This document shows positions 43,254 to 52,834 of a DNA stretch of 64,000 nucleotides, one piece after another (the stretch's first letter is position 1; every line of letters starts with the position of its first letter). The translations under genes and the position numbers were made by a program. The notes beneath the pieces were generated by a model, which saw nothing but the letters and a program-made list of their open reading frames with translations, searched no databases and was not told the origin of the DNA. Location: the NCBI GenBank assembly GCA_902636025.1, contig CACPQG010000001.1, positions 131,770 through 195,769 of the forward strand. The letters run 5' to 3'. The DNA is from an uncultured Pelagibacteraceae bacterium (GTDB lineage: Bacteria > Pseudomonadota > Alphaproteobacteria > Pelagibacterales > Pelagibacteraceae).

Positions 43254-44042
43254 ATGAGTTTAATGAAAGGCAAAAAAGGATTAATCATGGGTGTTGCTAA
43301 TGAGAGATCTATTGCTTGGGGTATATCACAAAAATTAGCAGAGGCCGGAGCGGAATTGGCTTTTACATATTTAGGAGATGCTCTTAAAAAAAGAGTAGTT
43401 CCTTTAGCAGAAAAATTAAATTCAAATTTAACTTTTAGCTGCGATGTTGAGAAGAAAGAGGAAGTAGTAAAACTATTTGAGGATGTAAAATCTAAATGGG
43501 GTGAGATTGATTTTGTAGTTCATGCTATAGCATTTTCAGATAAATCTGAGTTATCAGGAGAATACTTAAACACAACAAGGGAAAATTTTTTAAGAAGTAT
43601 GTTAATTTCGTGTTTTTCATTCACTGAAGTTGCTAAGGAAGCTTCAAAAATAATAAAGCAAGGTGGTAGCATGATAACTCTGAGCTATGAGGCAAATAAA
43701 GCTATACCAAATTATAATGTAATGGGTGTTTGTAAAGCAGCTTTAGAAGCAAGTGTAAAATATCTTGCAAGAGATCTTGGATCTAGAGGAGTAAGAGTAA
43801 ATGCAATAAGTGCAGGTCCAATTAAAACTTTGGCAGCATCTGCAATTGGTGATGCAAAATTTTTATATAAATGGAATGCTGATCACTCTTTTTTAAAAAG
43901 AAATGTAGATAATCTCGATGTTGGAAATTCAGCTTTATATTTGTTAAGCGATATGGCTGGAGGTGTTACAGGTGAAATTCATTACGTAGATGCTGGATAC
44001 AATAAAGTCGGGATGCCTGATCCAAAAAATATAAGTGAATAA
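43254..44042 (+). CDS. fabI: Enoyl-ACP reductase
   Basis: GVANERSIAWGI, YNVMGVCKAALE, ISAGPIKTLA. Confidence 0.97.
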   Translation: MSLMKGKKGLIMGVANERSIAWGISQKLAEAGAELAFTYLGDALKKRVVPLAEKLNSNLTFSCDVEKKEEVVKLFEDVKSKWGEIDFVVHAIAFSDKSELSGEYLNTTRENFLRSMLISCFSFTEVAKEASKIIKQGGSMITLSYEANKAIPNYNVMGVCKAALEASVKYLARDLGSRGVRVNAISAGPIKTLAASAIGDAKFLYKWNADHSFLKRNVDNLDVGNSALYLLSDMAGGVTGEIHYVDAGYNKVGMPDPKNISE

Positions 44043-44483
44043 ATGCCGACTTATACAGTTACTAATTCAAACTTTAATTTAACTGCCAAACAACAAAAAG
44101 ATTTAGCGCAAGGCATAACCAAAGTTCATAATGTAATTACTGGTGCAAACACTTATTTTGCTCAAGTTATATTTAATAAAACTAAAAAAAATAATCATTT
44201 TATGGGAGGTAAAAAAGTAAAAGAACCCTCATTGTTTTTGCTTGGTCAAATAAGAGCTGGTAGAACTAAAAAAATTAAGGATAGATTAATTTCTGATTTG
44301 AAAAATATCTTAGTAAAAAAAACAAAATTAGATGAAACTCAAGTGTGGGTTTATATAGTTGATCTACCACCTTCACAGATGATTGAATATGGTGCGGTAC
44401 TCCCGGAATCGGGTAAAGAATTAGAGTGGTTCAAAGGATTATCAAATAAACTTAAAAAGAAACTTTCACAAATAGAAAAATAA
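44043..44483 (+). CDS. Tautomerase superfamily, cis-3-chloroacrylate dehalogenase (cis-CaaD)/Cg10062-like hydratase
   Basis: After Met removal: Pro1, His28, Arg70, Arg73, Tyr103, Glu114; AQVIF, WVY, QMIEYG..LP motifs. Confidence 0.85.
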   Translation: MPTYTVTNSNFNLTAKQQKDLAQGITKVHNVITGANTYFAQVIFNKTKKNNHFMGGKKVKEPSLFLLGQIRAGRTKKIKDRLISDLKNILVKKTKLDETQVWVYIVDLPPSQMIEYGAVLPESGKELEWFKGLSNKLKKKLSQIEK

Positions 44484-44486
44484 ATA

Positions 44487-44639
44487 ATGTTAATTCTAGT
44501 TTGGTTTATTGTTTGTATTATATTTTATGTTGTCCAAATGATACTGGGTGATTCTGGTCATGCGCTTGAAGTATTTGCTGCACTAAGTGCAATTGCTATT
44601 TTCTTAATAAGTAAAATTAAACACAAAATAAATAAGTAG
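44487..44639 (+). CDS. Hypothetical 50-aa two-TM membrane protein
   Basis: MLILVWFIVCIIFYVVQMILGDSGHALEVFAALSAIAIFLISKIKHKINK; fills the gap with 3-nt and 2-nt spacers; basic C-tail. Confidence 0.6.
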   Translation: MLILVWFIVCIIFYVVQMILGDSGHALEVFAALSAIAIFLISKIKHKINK

Positions 44640-44641
44640 GA

Positions 44642-45274
44642 TTGAAAAATAAATTTTTAATATTTTTTAAAATACTTCTATTCAGCCTACTTTTGACTAG
44701 TTGTAGCAAAACTAATAAGTTAGATGATGTAAATGAAATTTTATTGTTCGGAGACAGTTTAATGTCTGGTTACGGTTTAAAGGAAAACCAGGCACTTTCA
44801 ATAATTTTAGAAAATGATTTAAAAGAAGCTGGATTTAATATCAAAGTGGTAAACGGAAGTGTTTCTGGAGATACTTCAGAAGATGGATTGAATAGAATTG
44901 AGGAATATACCTCTGATAGTGATATCGATTTGATTGTTTTAGGATTAGGCGCAAATGATATGCTTAGAAGAATTAATCCAGATCAAACAGAAAAAAATTT
45001 AGGGAAAATTATAGAAATTATAAAAAATAAAAATATAAAAATAATTTTGGCAGGCATGAAAGCGTCACCAACAAACGGATTAGCATATAAAAAGAAATTT
45101 GATGATATTTTTCCTAAGTTAGCAGAAGAATATGATTTAAATTTAATACCTTTTTTACTAAAAAAAGTGGCTTTAAATCCAAAGTTTAATCAAAGTGATG
45201 GAATTCATCCAAATTATGAAGGTGCTAAGTTGATTTCAGAAATAATAAAAGAAAGTATAATTAATTTAGATTAG
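44642..45274 (+). CDS. GDSL arylesterase/acyl-CoA thioesterase (TesA-like), probable lipoprotein
   Basis: GDSLMSGYG, SVSGDTS, LGANDMLR, DGIHPN; lipobox LTSC; TTG start. Confidence 0.9.
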   Translation: MKNKFLIFFKILLFSLLLTSCSKTNKLDDVNEILLFGDSLMSGYGLKENQALSIILENDLKEAGFNIKVVNGSVSGDTSEDGLNRIEEYTSDSDIDLIVLGLGANDMLRRINPDQTEKNLGKIIEIIKNKNIKIILAGMKASPTNGLAYKKKFDDIFPKLAEEYDLNLIPFLLKKVALNPKFNQSDGIHPNYEGAKLISEIIKESIINLD

Positions 45275-45298
45275 TAGAGGCGTTCTGTTGCCAGGTGC
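45271..45298 (-). other. Fragment resembling the 3' end of alphaproteobacterial two-piece tmRNA (ssrA)
   Basis: Minus strand GCACCTGGCAACAGAACGCCTCTACTAA; CCTGGCAACAGAA motif recalled from alphaproteobacterial tmRNA; no tag ORF or acceptor piece nearby. Confidence 0.6.
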
Positions 45299-45308
45299 GT
45301 TTGGCTTG

Positions 45309-45989
45309 CTACCAAGTAAAAAACTTCTTATTTTCAATAAATTCAATTTTCTTTTTCCAAAAATCATATTGTTCTTTGAATTCTTTTCTATGTGATCCAC
45401 CATGCATTTCACAAAAAATAATATCGATCTTTTCTAAGTTTTTAAATATTTCAGGTAAAATTTTGTACTCATGACCCTCAATATCGATTTTTAAAAAATT
45501 AATAGTTTCATGTTTATCTAAAATTAATTTTATATTCTCAGTTTTTACTTTTTTAAATTTTTCCTTTGATATATTGCTTTTGATTTTTTCTAATGTTGAA
45601 CTTTCAGAAAGTGACATATTTTTAAAATTTTTCTCAAACTGATGATAATATAAATTACTAAATCCCTCAGAATTAGAGACAGCTGATTCATGGATCTTGA
45701 TTTTTAATTCTTTAGCAAAGATTTTGTTTAGTATTAAAATACAATAAGGATTTGGTTCATAGATGTCGATTTTACATTTATATTTATCGAAAATATAGTA
45801 AGATACGACACCATTGTTTCCACCAATATCTATTACAAACGAGTTTGAGTCTAATTTTAACCTATCAAGAGTTTTGAGTTTTTCTTTGTATCTATTTAAT
45901 TTATAAAAAACATATTTTCTTATAAATTGAAATCTAAATAGTAAGCACCAGATTTTTTCTCTAAGATTTAATTTCATTAGAGCCTTCAA
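45309..45989 (-). CDS. FkbM family methyltransferase
   Basis: IDIGGNNG, YEPNP, LKIDIEGHE, FCEMH; start uncertain. Confidence 0.88.
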   Translation of the reverse strand: MKALMKLNLREKIWCLLFRFQFIRKYVFYKLNRYKEKLKTLDRLKLDSNSFVIDIGGNNGVVSYYIFDKYKCKIDIYEPNPYCILILNKIFAKELKIKIHESAVSNSEGFSNLYYHQFEKNFKNMSLSESSTLEKIKSNISKEKFKKVKTENIKLILDKHETINFLKIDIEGHEYKILPEIFKNLEKIDIIFCEMHGGSHRKEFKEQYDFWKKKIEFIENKKFFTW

Positions 45990-46027
45990 AATTATTTAGT
46001 TTATAAATCAATTTTTCGCTATTAGTT

Positions 46028-46252
46028 TTAACAACAGCTACAGCTTTTTTTTTCTTCTTTTTTTGTATCTTTCTCAGACTTAATTTTCTCTAATTCTTTT
46101 TTTCCTTCTTCTGCAGCTTTTTTTTCTTTTAGTATTTTGTCTTCTAAGTAAGCATACAACGATGTAAAGCCAAGTTTATTCGCTTTTTTTTCCTCGTAGC
46201 CTCTTCTGCCTTTTAAGTTTTCAATTATTTTTATTATTTCTTGATTTTGCAT
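46028..46252 (-). CDS. Hypothetical protein with coiled coil and C-terminal SCSCC
   Basis: Starts 10 nt after the pnp stop; K/E-rich helix; terminal Cys cluster. Confidence 0.7.
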   Translation of the reverse strand: MQNQEIIKIIENLKGRRGYEEKKANKLGFTSLYAYLEDKILKEKKAAEEGKKELEKIKSEKDTKKEEKKSCSCC

Positions 46253-46262
46253 ATTGTATTTT

Positions 46263-48335
46263 TTATATTGCAGCTTGTTTAATTGAAAGTTTTACTTTTC
46301 CTCTATCAAAACCAATTACTTTAACTTTAACTTCATCACCCTCTTTAACAACATCTGTTACTTTGGCAACTCTTTTGTCAGCCAATTCAGAAATGTGAAC
46401 AAGTCCGTCTTGTTTGCCTAAGAAGTTTACAAAAGCACCAAACTCCATAATTTTCATCACTTTGCCGTTATAAATTTTGTTTAATTCAGCTTTTGCAGTT
46501 AAATCTTTAATCATTTGCATTGCTTTATTTCTGGACTCTTCATCTGGAGCTGCAACAGTTACAACGCCCTCGTCTGTAATATCAACTTTTGCTCCTGATT
46601 TTTCAACAATCTCTCTTATTGTTGCTCCACCCTTGCCTATTACAGTTGCTATATCTTTTTTATCGACAGTAATTTTTTCCATTTTAGGTGTATGTTTTCC
46701 AACGTTATCTCTTGATTTCGATAATGCCTTATTCATTTCGCCAAGAATATGAATTCTACCATCTTTTGCTTGTTTTAAAGCCTGCTCCATTATTTCAAAA
46801 GTTATTCCTGTTATTTTTATATCCATTTGTAGTGATGTTATTCCATCTTTTGTACCAGCAACTTTAAAGTCCATATCACCCAAATGGTCTTCGTCTCCAA
46901 GAATGTCTGATAAAACGCTAAAATCGTCACCTTCTTTTATTAACCCCATAGCAATTCCTGCTACTGGTTCTTTCAAAGGAACCCCAGCATCCATTAAAGC
47001 TAAAGATGAACCACAAACTGTAGCCATTGAAGAAGATCCATTGGACTCTGTAATTTCAGATACAATTCTAAAAGTATAAGGAAAACTTTCTTTTGAAGGT
47101 AAAGACGAGTTAATCGCTCTCCAGGCTAGTTTACCATGTCCTATCTCCCTTCTTCCTGTTCCAATTCTTCCAGTTTCACCTACTGAAAATGGTGGAAAAT
47201 TATAGTGAAGCATAAATCTTTCTCTTTGTAGACCGTCAAGACTTTCTATTCTTTGTTCGTCATCTGAGGTACCGAGTGTTGTGGTAACAATTGCTTGTGT
47301 TTCCCCTCTTGTAAAAAGAGCAGATCCATGGACTCTTGGCAATATACCTACTTCACACATAATTGGTCTTACATCTGCAAGACCTCTTCCATCAATTCTA
47401 TTTTGATTTTTTAGAATATCTGTTCTTACAATTCTTTTTTCTAAATTTTTAAGCTCATAATTTACATCTAATTCAGTAAAATTTTCATCCTCTTCGAAGA
47501 GTTTCTTTGCTTGTTCGGTAATTTTGGAAATTTGATTTGATCTATCCTGTTTGTCTCTTGTAGAAAAAGCTTTTTTCAGATCTTCTGTAAACTCTTTTTC
47601 CAACTTTTTCCTAATTTCTGATAAATCTTTTTTCTCAACTATCCAATCAGGTTTTCTACACTCTTTTGCTAACTCCTCTATCATTTTTATTATCGGAACA
47701 AAGTTTTCATGGCCAAATTTTACTGCATTTAACATCTCTTCCTCTGATAATCCATTTGCTTCAGACTCTACCATGAGTACTGCATCTTTAGTTCCAGCCA
47801 CTACAAGATCTAATTTGGATTTTTCTAACTCAGCTTTAGATGGATTCAATACATATTTACCATCTATAAATCCAACTCTTGAGGCTCCTACAGGACCAAG
47901 AAATGGCATTCCAGATATTGCTAATGCTGCAGAAGAAGCAATTATGGATAATATATCAGCCTCATTCTCTTTATCGTATGAAATTACTGTTGGAAGAAGC
48001 TGAACCTCGTTTTTAAATTCATCAGGGAAAAGTGGTCTGATTGGTCTATCTATCAATCTTGAAATTAATGTTTCACTCTCAGTTGGTCTTGCTTCTCTTT
48101 TGAAATAACCACCAGGTATTTTACCTGCTGCATAATATTTTTCTTGATAATTAACTGAAAGAGGAAAATAATCAACCTCAGGATTGACTTTTTTAGCACC
48201 TACTACAGTCGCTAGCACAACTGTTTCTCCACAAGTTGCTATTATAGCTCCATCTGCTTGACGGGCTATTTTGCCTGTTTCTAATTTTATTTTTTTCCCA
48301 CCTATTTCAATTTCTTTTATAAATTCTTTGAACAT
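46263..48335 (-). CDS. pnp: Polynucleotide phosphorylase
   Basis: [38 protein letters not shown] and S1 domains. Confidence 0.98.
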   Translation of the reverse strand: MFKEFIKEIEIGGKKIKLETGKIARQADGAIIATCGETVVLATVVGAKKVNPEVDYFPLSVNYQEKYYAAGKIPGGYFKREARPTESETLISRLIDRPIRPLFPDEFKNEVQLLPTVISYDKENEADILSIIASSAALAISGMPFLGPVGASRVGFIDGKYVLNPSKAELEKSKLDLVVAGTKDAVLMVESEANGLSEEEMLNAVKFGHENFVPIIKMIEELAKECRKPDWIVEKKDLSEIRKKLEKEFTEDLKKAFSTRDKQDRSNQISKITEQAKKLFEEDENFTELDVNYELKNLEKRIVRTDILKNQNRIDGRGLADVRPIMCEVGILPRVHGSALFTRGETQAIVTTTLGTSDDEQRIESLDGLQRERFMLHYNFPPFSVGETGRIGTGRREIGHGKLAWRAINSSLPSKESFPYTFRIVSEITESNGSSSMATVCGSSLALMDAGVPLKEPVAGIAMGLIKEGDDFSVLSDILGDEDHLGDMDFKVAGTKDGITSLQMDIKITGITFEIMEQALKQAKDGRIHILGEMNKALSKSRDNVGKHTPKMEKITVDKKDIATVIGKGGATIREIVEKSGAKVDITDEGVVTVAAPDEESRNKAMQMIKDLTAKAELNKIYNGKVMKIMEFGAFVNFLGKQDGLVHISELADKRVAKVTDVVKEGDEVKVKVIGFDRGKVKLSIKQAAI

Positions 48336-48338
48336 TAT

Positions 48339-48587
48339 CTACTTTCTTAAATTTAATTTACTTATTACATTTTTATATGAATCTAACTTTTTTCTTTTTA
48401 GATAGTCTAATAACTTTTTTCTTTTATTGACAGCTTTCAAAAGTCCCACAGATGAATGTTTGTCTTTTTTGAATAAATTCATATGTTTAGATAAACTTTC
48501 AATTTTCTCAGTTAACAAAGCTATCTGAACCTCAGATGATCCTGTATCTTTTTCATGAATTGCCACTTCTTTTGCTTTTTTACTCAT
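48339..48587 (-). CDS. rpsO: 30S ribosomal protein S15 (short N-terminus)
   Basis: DTGSSEVQIALLT, KKDKHS, LLDYLK, LNLRK. Confidence 0.96.
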   Translation of the reverse strand: MSKKAKEVAIHEKDTGSSEVQIALLTEKIESLSKHMNLFKKDKHSSVGLLKAVNKRKKLLDYLKRKKLDSYKNVISKLNLRK

Positions 48588-48966
48588 ATTTTTCCTGTCT
48601 GTTTGTTTTTTTTATTAAATTCTCAATTTTTTCTGCATAATCAAAAGATTCATCTTTAACAAAAAAAATCTTTGGGAGAAATTTTGTTGAAATTTTTTTT
48701 GATAAAACTTTTCTAATTATAAATGAAAATTCTTTAAGGGTATTTACCACTTCCTCAGAATTCTTACCGCCAAGGGGTAAGACAAAAGCTCTAGCAGATT
48801 TTAAATCTGGACTCATTCTAACTTCTGTAACCGTAATATTATTGGTTTCTATATTTGGAATTTTTGCCTCTCCTCTCATAAAAATAGTTCCTAACGCTTG
48901 TTTTATCATTTCGCCTACTCTTAATTGTCTTTGAGAAAGAGTTCTACTATTTTTTTTTGTTCTCAT
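48580..48966 (-). CDS. rbfA: Ribosome-binding factor A
   Basis: SQRQLRVGE, ITVTEVRMSPDLKSA, DESFD. Confidence 0.96.
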   Translation of the reverse strand: MRTKKNSRTLSQRQLRVGEMIKQALGTIFMRGEAKIPNIETNNITVTEVRMSPDLKSARAFVLPLGGKNSEEVVNTLKEFSFIIRKVLSKKISTKFLPKIFFVKDESFDYAEKIENLIKKTNRQEKYE

Positions 48967-51176
48967 ATGCTTCTTTCTGTGATTTTTGAGTTATATGCTT
49001 CAATTATATCTTTTTTTTGGAAATCGTTGAAATCTTTGAGTGTAATTCCACACTCAAGTCCTGCTGTTACTTGTTTTGCCTGATTTTTTTCTCTAAAGAT
49101 TGTGTTAATTTTTCCGTTATATATTATTGCTCCGTCTCTTATAACTCTTGCATTAGCATCATTTAAAATTTCACCCTCTATAACTTTTGATCCAGCAACC
49201 TTTCCTACCTTAGAAACTTTAAAAATTTCGAGTATTTCAGCTGATCCAAGAACTTGTTCTTCTACCTCAGGGGATAATAGACCAGACATTTTATTTTTTA
49301 CAAAATCTAAAACTTCATAAATGATATTATATGATGATATAGAAATTTTTTCTTTTTCAGCTAATTTTTTTGCCTCTTTGGTAGGTTTAACATTGAAAGC
49401 AACTAATATAGCATCTGAAGCTTTTGCGAGACTCACGTCTGTTTCTGTAACCATTCCAATATCGGATAAAATTATTTTGGGTTTAATCTCATCATGCTTT
49501 ATTTGAAATATAGCATTTTTAATTGCTTCAGAAGACCCGTGTACATCAGACTTAATTATAATATTTAACTCTTCAGAAATTTTATCTTTAAAAGCTGATT
49601 CCTGAGTAGCAAAAGTTATAGGATTTTTACTAATTTTAGTTTCCTCAACTCTTGCATCACATAGTGCTTTTGCCTCTTTTTCATTATCCAAAACTATAAA
49701 ATCGTCGCCCGACTTAGATGCGCCATTAATTCCTAATACTTCAACGGGTGATGCTGGTTGAGCTTCGTTAACGCTTTGCCCCAAATCATTTATGATTGCT
49801 CTTACTTTCCCCCACTTTAAACCGCTTACGAAGTAATCTCCTTTTTTTAAAGTTCCATTTGTTATAATTATATTTGCAATAGGTCCTCTTCCAATGTCGA
49901 TTTTTGATTCTAAAACAATTGCATTTGCTTTACTTTGGTAATCTGCCTTTAAATCTAGAAGCTCAGATTGTAGAATAATTGACTCAACTAATCTTGTTAA
50001 GTTTTGTTTTGTTTTTGTTGAAATTTCTACCATAAGTGTATCACCAGATAATTCCTCAGCTATTAATTCATGTTCTAAAAGTTGGTTCTTTATTTTTTGT
50101 GGGTTTGCTTCTGGAAGGTCGCATTTATTAATTGCAACTACAATTGGAACTTTTGCAGCTTTCGCATGTTTTATTGACTCAATTGTTTGTGGTTTTACTC
50201 CATCATCAGCAGCAACAACTAACACTACTATATCTGTAAGTTTTGAACCTCTAGCTCTCATTTCAGTAAATGCAGCATGACCTGGAGTATCTATAAAAGT
50301 AATCTTATTTGAATTATGATTAATCTGATAAGCACCAATGTGTTGTGTAATACCACCGAATTCACCTGATACAACATTTGCTTTCCTCAAAACATCTAAA
50401 ACCGAAGTCTTACCATGATCAACATGGCCCATTACAGTTACAATTGGAGGTCGATTTTTTAAATTTTCAGTCTTTGATTTTTTAGTTTTTTTTATTAATT
50501 CATCAGCCTTTTGCTCTTTAATGGGATTATGTCCGAATTCTTTTACCAAGTATTCTGCTGTATCAGAATCAATTGAGTGATTAATAGTTGCTGTTACTCC
50601 CATTCCAAAAAGGTGCTTAATAATATTGCTTGACTGTTCAGCCATTCTATTTGCCAACTCTCTAATCGTTATTATTTCAGGAATATTAACGTCTCTTTTT
50701 ACAGGTTTTAAACTATCTCTAGTAGTTTCTTTTTGAAAAGTTCTATTCTCTTTTTGTTTTGCTCTTTTTAAAGAAGCTAAACTTCTTGCTCTGCCTTCAT
50801 CATCTCCGCTTAAAGCTCTTGATACAGTAATTTTTAGTTCTCTTCTTTTTGCTCCAAGTTTACCCTTTGAATCTTTTTTATCAGGTTCTGCCTTTAATCT
50901 TTTTGTTGCTCTTTGCTCTGCCAATCTTCTTTTTTCATAATCATTATTTGGTAAATTTGGTTTTTCTATACTTAGAGACTTAAATTTTGGAGCTGCATTT
51001 TTTTTTAATCCAAAATCCTTCCTATTTGATGTATTAAAAGTTTTTTTGTTTGAAAACTTATTATTTTTCTTTTCAATTAAAACTGAGTTTCTACTTTGAG
51101 TTTTCGCTCTTTCAATATTCGAGATAGATTTCTTTAAATTTCCTGTTAATTTTAATTTGATTTTTTTTTTCTCCAT
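48963..51176 (-). CDS. infB: Translation initiation factor IF-2
   Basis: VMGHVDHGKTS, GGITQHIGA, DTPGHAAF, NKCD. Confidence 0.98.
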   Translation of the reverse strand: MEKKKIKLKLTGNLKKSISNIERAKTQSRNSVLIEKKNNKFSNKKTFNTSNRKDFGLKKNAAPKFKSLSIEKPNLPNNDYEKRRLAEQRATKRLKAEPDKKDSKGKLGAKRRELKITVSRALSGDDEGRARSLASLKRAKQKENRTFQKETTRDSLKPVKRDVNIPEIITIRELANRMAEQSSNIIKHLFGMGVTATINHSIDSDTAEYLVKEFGHNPIKEQKADELIKKTKKSKTENLKNRPPIVTVMGHVDHGKTSVLDVLRKANVVSGEFGGITQHIGAYQINHNSNKITFIDTPGHAAFTEMRARGSKLTDIVVLVVAADDGVKPQTIESIKHAKAAKVPIVVAINKCDLPEANPQKIKNQLLEHELIAEELSGDTLMVEISTKTKQNLTRLVESIILQSELLDLKADYQSKANAIVLESKIDIGRGPIANIIITNGTLKKGDYFVSGLKWGKVRAIINDLGQSVNEAQPASPVEVLGINGASKSGDDFIVLDNEKEAKALCDARVEETKISKNPITFATQESAFKDKISEELNIIIKSDVHGSSEAIKNAIFQIKHDEIKPKIILSDIGMVTETDVSLAKASDAILVAFNVKPTKEAKKLAEKEKISISSYNIIYEVLDFVKNKMSGLLSPEVEEQVLGSAEILEIFKVSKVGKVAGSKVIEGEILNDANARVIRDGAIIYNGKINTIFREKNQAKQVTAGLECGITLKDFNDFQKKDIIEAYNSKITERSI

Positions 51177-51186
51177 AACTCATCTC

Positions 51187-52740
51187 TCAATCTTTATAAA
51201 TTTTTTCTCTTGCTGACATAATTAAATCATCAGCCTCTTTTTTTGAAAGAGCAAAATCTTCTAAATATCCTTTTATTTTTACTCTTTCTCCTTTCACTAA
51301 ATCATAGCCTCCTGTCAATTCATCTGAGGCCAGATCCGCAAAATCATTCAAGGTTAATATCTTTTGTTCTCCAAGAGTTACTAACATCCCAGGAGTTAAT
51401 CCTTCATGATTGATTAAATTATTTTCGACACCTAGGTCTTTTATCTTATTAGATATTTCCTCTTGATCTTTTTTATAAAACTCATTAGCTCTCTCTAATA
51501 ATTCTTTTGCGGTTTCCTCTTCAATACCCTCAATTTTAATTAAATTTTCGATAGAGGAATCTTTTAAATCATCAATTGAAGAAAATCCTTCAGCAACTAG
51601 CAGTTGGCCAAGAGTCTCGTCAAGTTCTAGATTTTTTACAAAATTTTCTGTTTTTTCTTTGAACTCAGTTTGACGCCTTTCTGAGTCTTCTTGATCAGTC
51701 ATTATGTTAATTTCATAGTTCATTAATTTTGTTGCTAGTCTTACGTTTTGACCTCTTCTACCAATTGCTTTACTTAAATTTTCTTCAGTTAAAATTACAT
51801 CTAATTTTTTATTTTCAACATCAACATTAACTCGTTGAACCTCGGCTGGGGACAGTGCGTTAGAAACTACTACTGCTGGATCTTCTGACCAATTTACTAT
51901 ATCTATTTTTTCACCTTGTAATTCATTTACAACAGCCTGGACTCTACTTCCTCTCATTCCTACGCATGCACCTACCGGATCCAGTGAATTATCTATCGCC
52001 TTAACACAAATTTTTGCTCTACTACCAGGATCTCTCGCAGATGAAATAATGTCTATTAAGCCATCATAAATTTCTGGAACCTCCTGAATAAATAATTTTT
52101 CCATAAATTTTGGATGTGCACGAGAAAGGAATATTTGTTGTCCCCTTGGTTCTCTTCTTACATCGCTACAATATGCTTTTACTCTATCTCCAGCCTTTAT
52201 ATTTTCTCTAGGTATTAATTCATTCTTTTGTATTATTGCCTCAGTTCTTCCTAAGTCTACAATTACGTTGCCAAATTCTAGTCTTTTGACTATTCCACTT
52301 AATATTGTGTCTTTTTTATCTATAAAATCATTAAATTGTCTTTCTCTTTCAGCCTCTCTCACATTGAAACTTATGACTTGTTTTGCAGTTTGAGCAGCAA
52401 TTCTACCAAAATCAAATGAAGGTAGCGGTTGGAGTACAATATCTCCAATCTTTTTATCTTTATTTTCTTCACTAATCTTCAGGGCATCGTTTAAGCTAAT
52501 TTCAGTATTAATATTTTCTGGTTTTTCACAAATTATCAGTTTTCTAAATATTCCAATATCACCATTTTCTCGGTTAATCTGAACCTCAATTTCATTATCA
52601 TTCCCAAATTTTGATTTTGCTGCTTTTGCTATACCAGTTTCCATTGAATTTATTATTACCTCTTTATCAATAGATTTTTCTAAAGCTACAGCCTCTGCTA
52701 TTCTAATTAATTCAAGTTTGTCTGCTCTTCTATTTAGCAT
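51187..52740 (-). CDS. nusA: Transcription factor NusA
   Basis: FGRIAAQTAKQ, DPVGACVGMRGSRV, AIGRRGQNVRLA; start placed at ATG 52740 behind SD GGAAGGA. Confidence 0.97.
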   Translation of the reverse strand: MLNRRADKLELIRIAEAVALEKSIDKEVIINSMETGIAKAAKSKFGNDNEIEVQINRENGDIGIFRKLIICEKPENINTEISLNDALKISEENKDKKIGDIVLQPLPSFDFGRIAAQTAKQVISFNVREAERERQFNDFIDKKDTILSGIVKRLEFGNVIVDLGRTEAIIQKNELIPRENIKAGDRVKAYCSDVRREPRGQQIFLSRAHPKFMEKLFIQEVPEIYDGLIDIISSARDPGSRAKICVKAIDNSLDPVGACVGMRGSRVQAVVNELQGEKIDIVNWSEDPAVVVSNALSPAEVQRVNVDVENKKLDVILTEENLSKAIGRRGQNVRLATKLMNYEINIMTDQEDSERRQTEFKEKTENFVKNLELDETLGQLLVAEGFSSIDDLKDSSIENLIKIEGIEEETAKELLERANEFYKKDQEEISNKIKDLGVENNLINHEGLTPGMLVTLGEQKILTLNDFADLASDELTGGYDLVKGERVKIKGYLEDFALSKKEADDLIMSAREKIYKD

Positions 52741-52751
52741 TTGTTCCTTCC

Positions 52752-52778
52752 AAAAAAAAATGGGCCGAAGCCCATTTT
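52752..52778 (-). terminator. Terminator/attenuator hairpin in the nusA leader
   Basis: Minus strand AAAATGGGC-TTCG-GCCCATTTT with a U9 tail, ending directly at the nusA SD. Confidence 0.8.
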
Positions 52779-52834
52779 GAAATTTCAATAATGTAATATG
52801 AATATAATTATTTTTCTTAGTTTTTCAACTTTAT

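Noticed and set aside
52741-52788. 16-aa N-terminal extension of NusA given by the ORF track (TTG start)
   Set aside because: It would translate the terminator hairpin; an SD precedes the ATG at 52740.
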